Assembly (NCBI RefSeq): GCF_900289195.1
Contig: NZ_OMOH01000006.1
Location: forward strand, 90,001 to 122,000
Source of the DNA: Propionibacterium ruminifibrarum
GTDB lineage: Bacteria > Actinomycetota > Actinomycetes > Propionibacteriales > Propionibacteriaceae
DNA: 32,000 nt
Reading direction: 5' to 3'
Position numbers and translations under genes: made by a program. Position 1 is the stretch's first letter; each line of letters opens with the position of its first letter. This document shows positions 31,840-32,000 of this stretch, one piece after another. The notes beneath the pieces were generated by a model. That model did no database searches. It saw only the letters and a list, made by a program, of their open reading frames with translations, and was not told the DNA's origin.

Positions 31840-32000
31840 ATGACCTTCACCGAAGCAGTGAAGACCTGCTACACGAAGAAATACGCGGAATTCAACGGAC
31901 GCGCCAGCCGCAGCGAGTTCTGGTGGTTCTTCGCCTTTTACGCCCTCGTCAACGTCGTCGGCTACATGATCTTCGCGATCGCCACCGCGGTCGCCGCCGC
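31840..32000 (+). CDS. DUF805 family inner-membrane protein, N-terminal fragment (runs off window end)
   Basis: Not in the ORF track (no stop). ATG 31840 has CAGGAG 6 nt upstream. Reads MTFTEAVKTCYTKKYAEFNGRASRSEFWWFFAFYALVNVVGYMIFAIATAVAA. The F-x-GRA-x-RSEFWW opening is the DUF805 hallmark. Confidence 0.8.
   Translation, partial: MTFTEAVKTCYTKKYAEFNGRASRSEFWWFFAFYALVNVVGYMIFAIATAVAA

Overview
High-GC actinobacterial chromosomal segment. The proteins look Propionibacteriales-like, but I cannot verify taxonomy.

**Conserved core (1-14.7 kb, minus strand).** In transcription order: tRNA-Thr, tRNA-Met, rpmG, two MaoC/HadAB-like dehydratases, murB, tRNA-Trp, secE, nusG, rplK, rplA, rplJ, rplL and the first 636 codons of rpoB. 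The ORF track misses rpoB because it runs off the window. Lineage-specific material interrupts this core:
- a 607-aa membrane protein with a Trp/Pro-rich repeat tail, between rpmG and the dehydratases;
- a lone WbaP/CpsE-type priming sugar transferase behind a 746-bp ORF-free gap, between murB and tRNA-Trp;
- in the rplL-rpoB spacer, a small membrane-anchored protein and an apparently orphan cobalamin riboswitch followed only by the tail of an ABC ATPase.

**Right half (14.7-32 kb).**
- two tandem paralogous membrane-anchored proteins of unknown function;
- ahpC-ahpF;
- a divergent MbtK/IucB-like N-acyltransferase and MbtG/IucD-like N-hydroxylase pair, with no synthetase in view;
- tRNA-Tyr, preceded by a degenerate 22-24-bp tandem repeat array;
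- two overlapping paralogous 4-TM proteins;
- xthA, a GT-C mannosyltransferase-like protein, korA-korB, an M13 metallopeptidase, and the start of a DUF805 protein (also missed by the track).

**Artefacts.** Many very long track ORFs are antisense or out-of-frame shadows typical of high-GC DNA and are rejected.

**Ranking.** I see no recognisable mobile element, CRISPR array or defence system. The most interesting items, in my order:
1. the riboswitch scar;
2. the Trp-repeat membrane protein;
3. the paralog pair next to the tRNAs;
4. the stand-alone hydroxamate-forming gene pair and its unusual 697-bp control region;
5. the tRNA-Tyr upstream repeat array;
6. the CACAGC-rich gap.

All functional calls rest on my reading of the translations and motifs. 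No searches were run.
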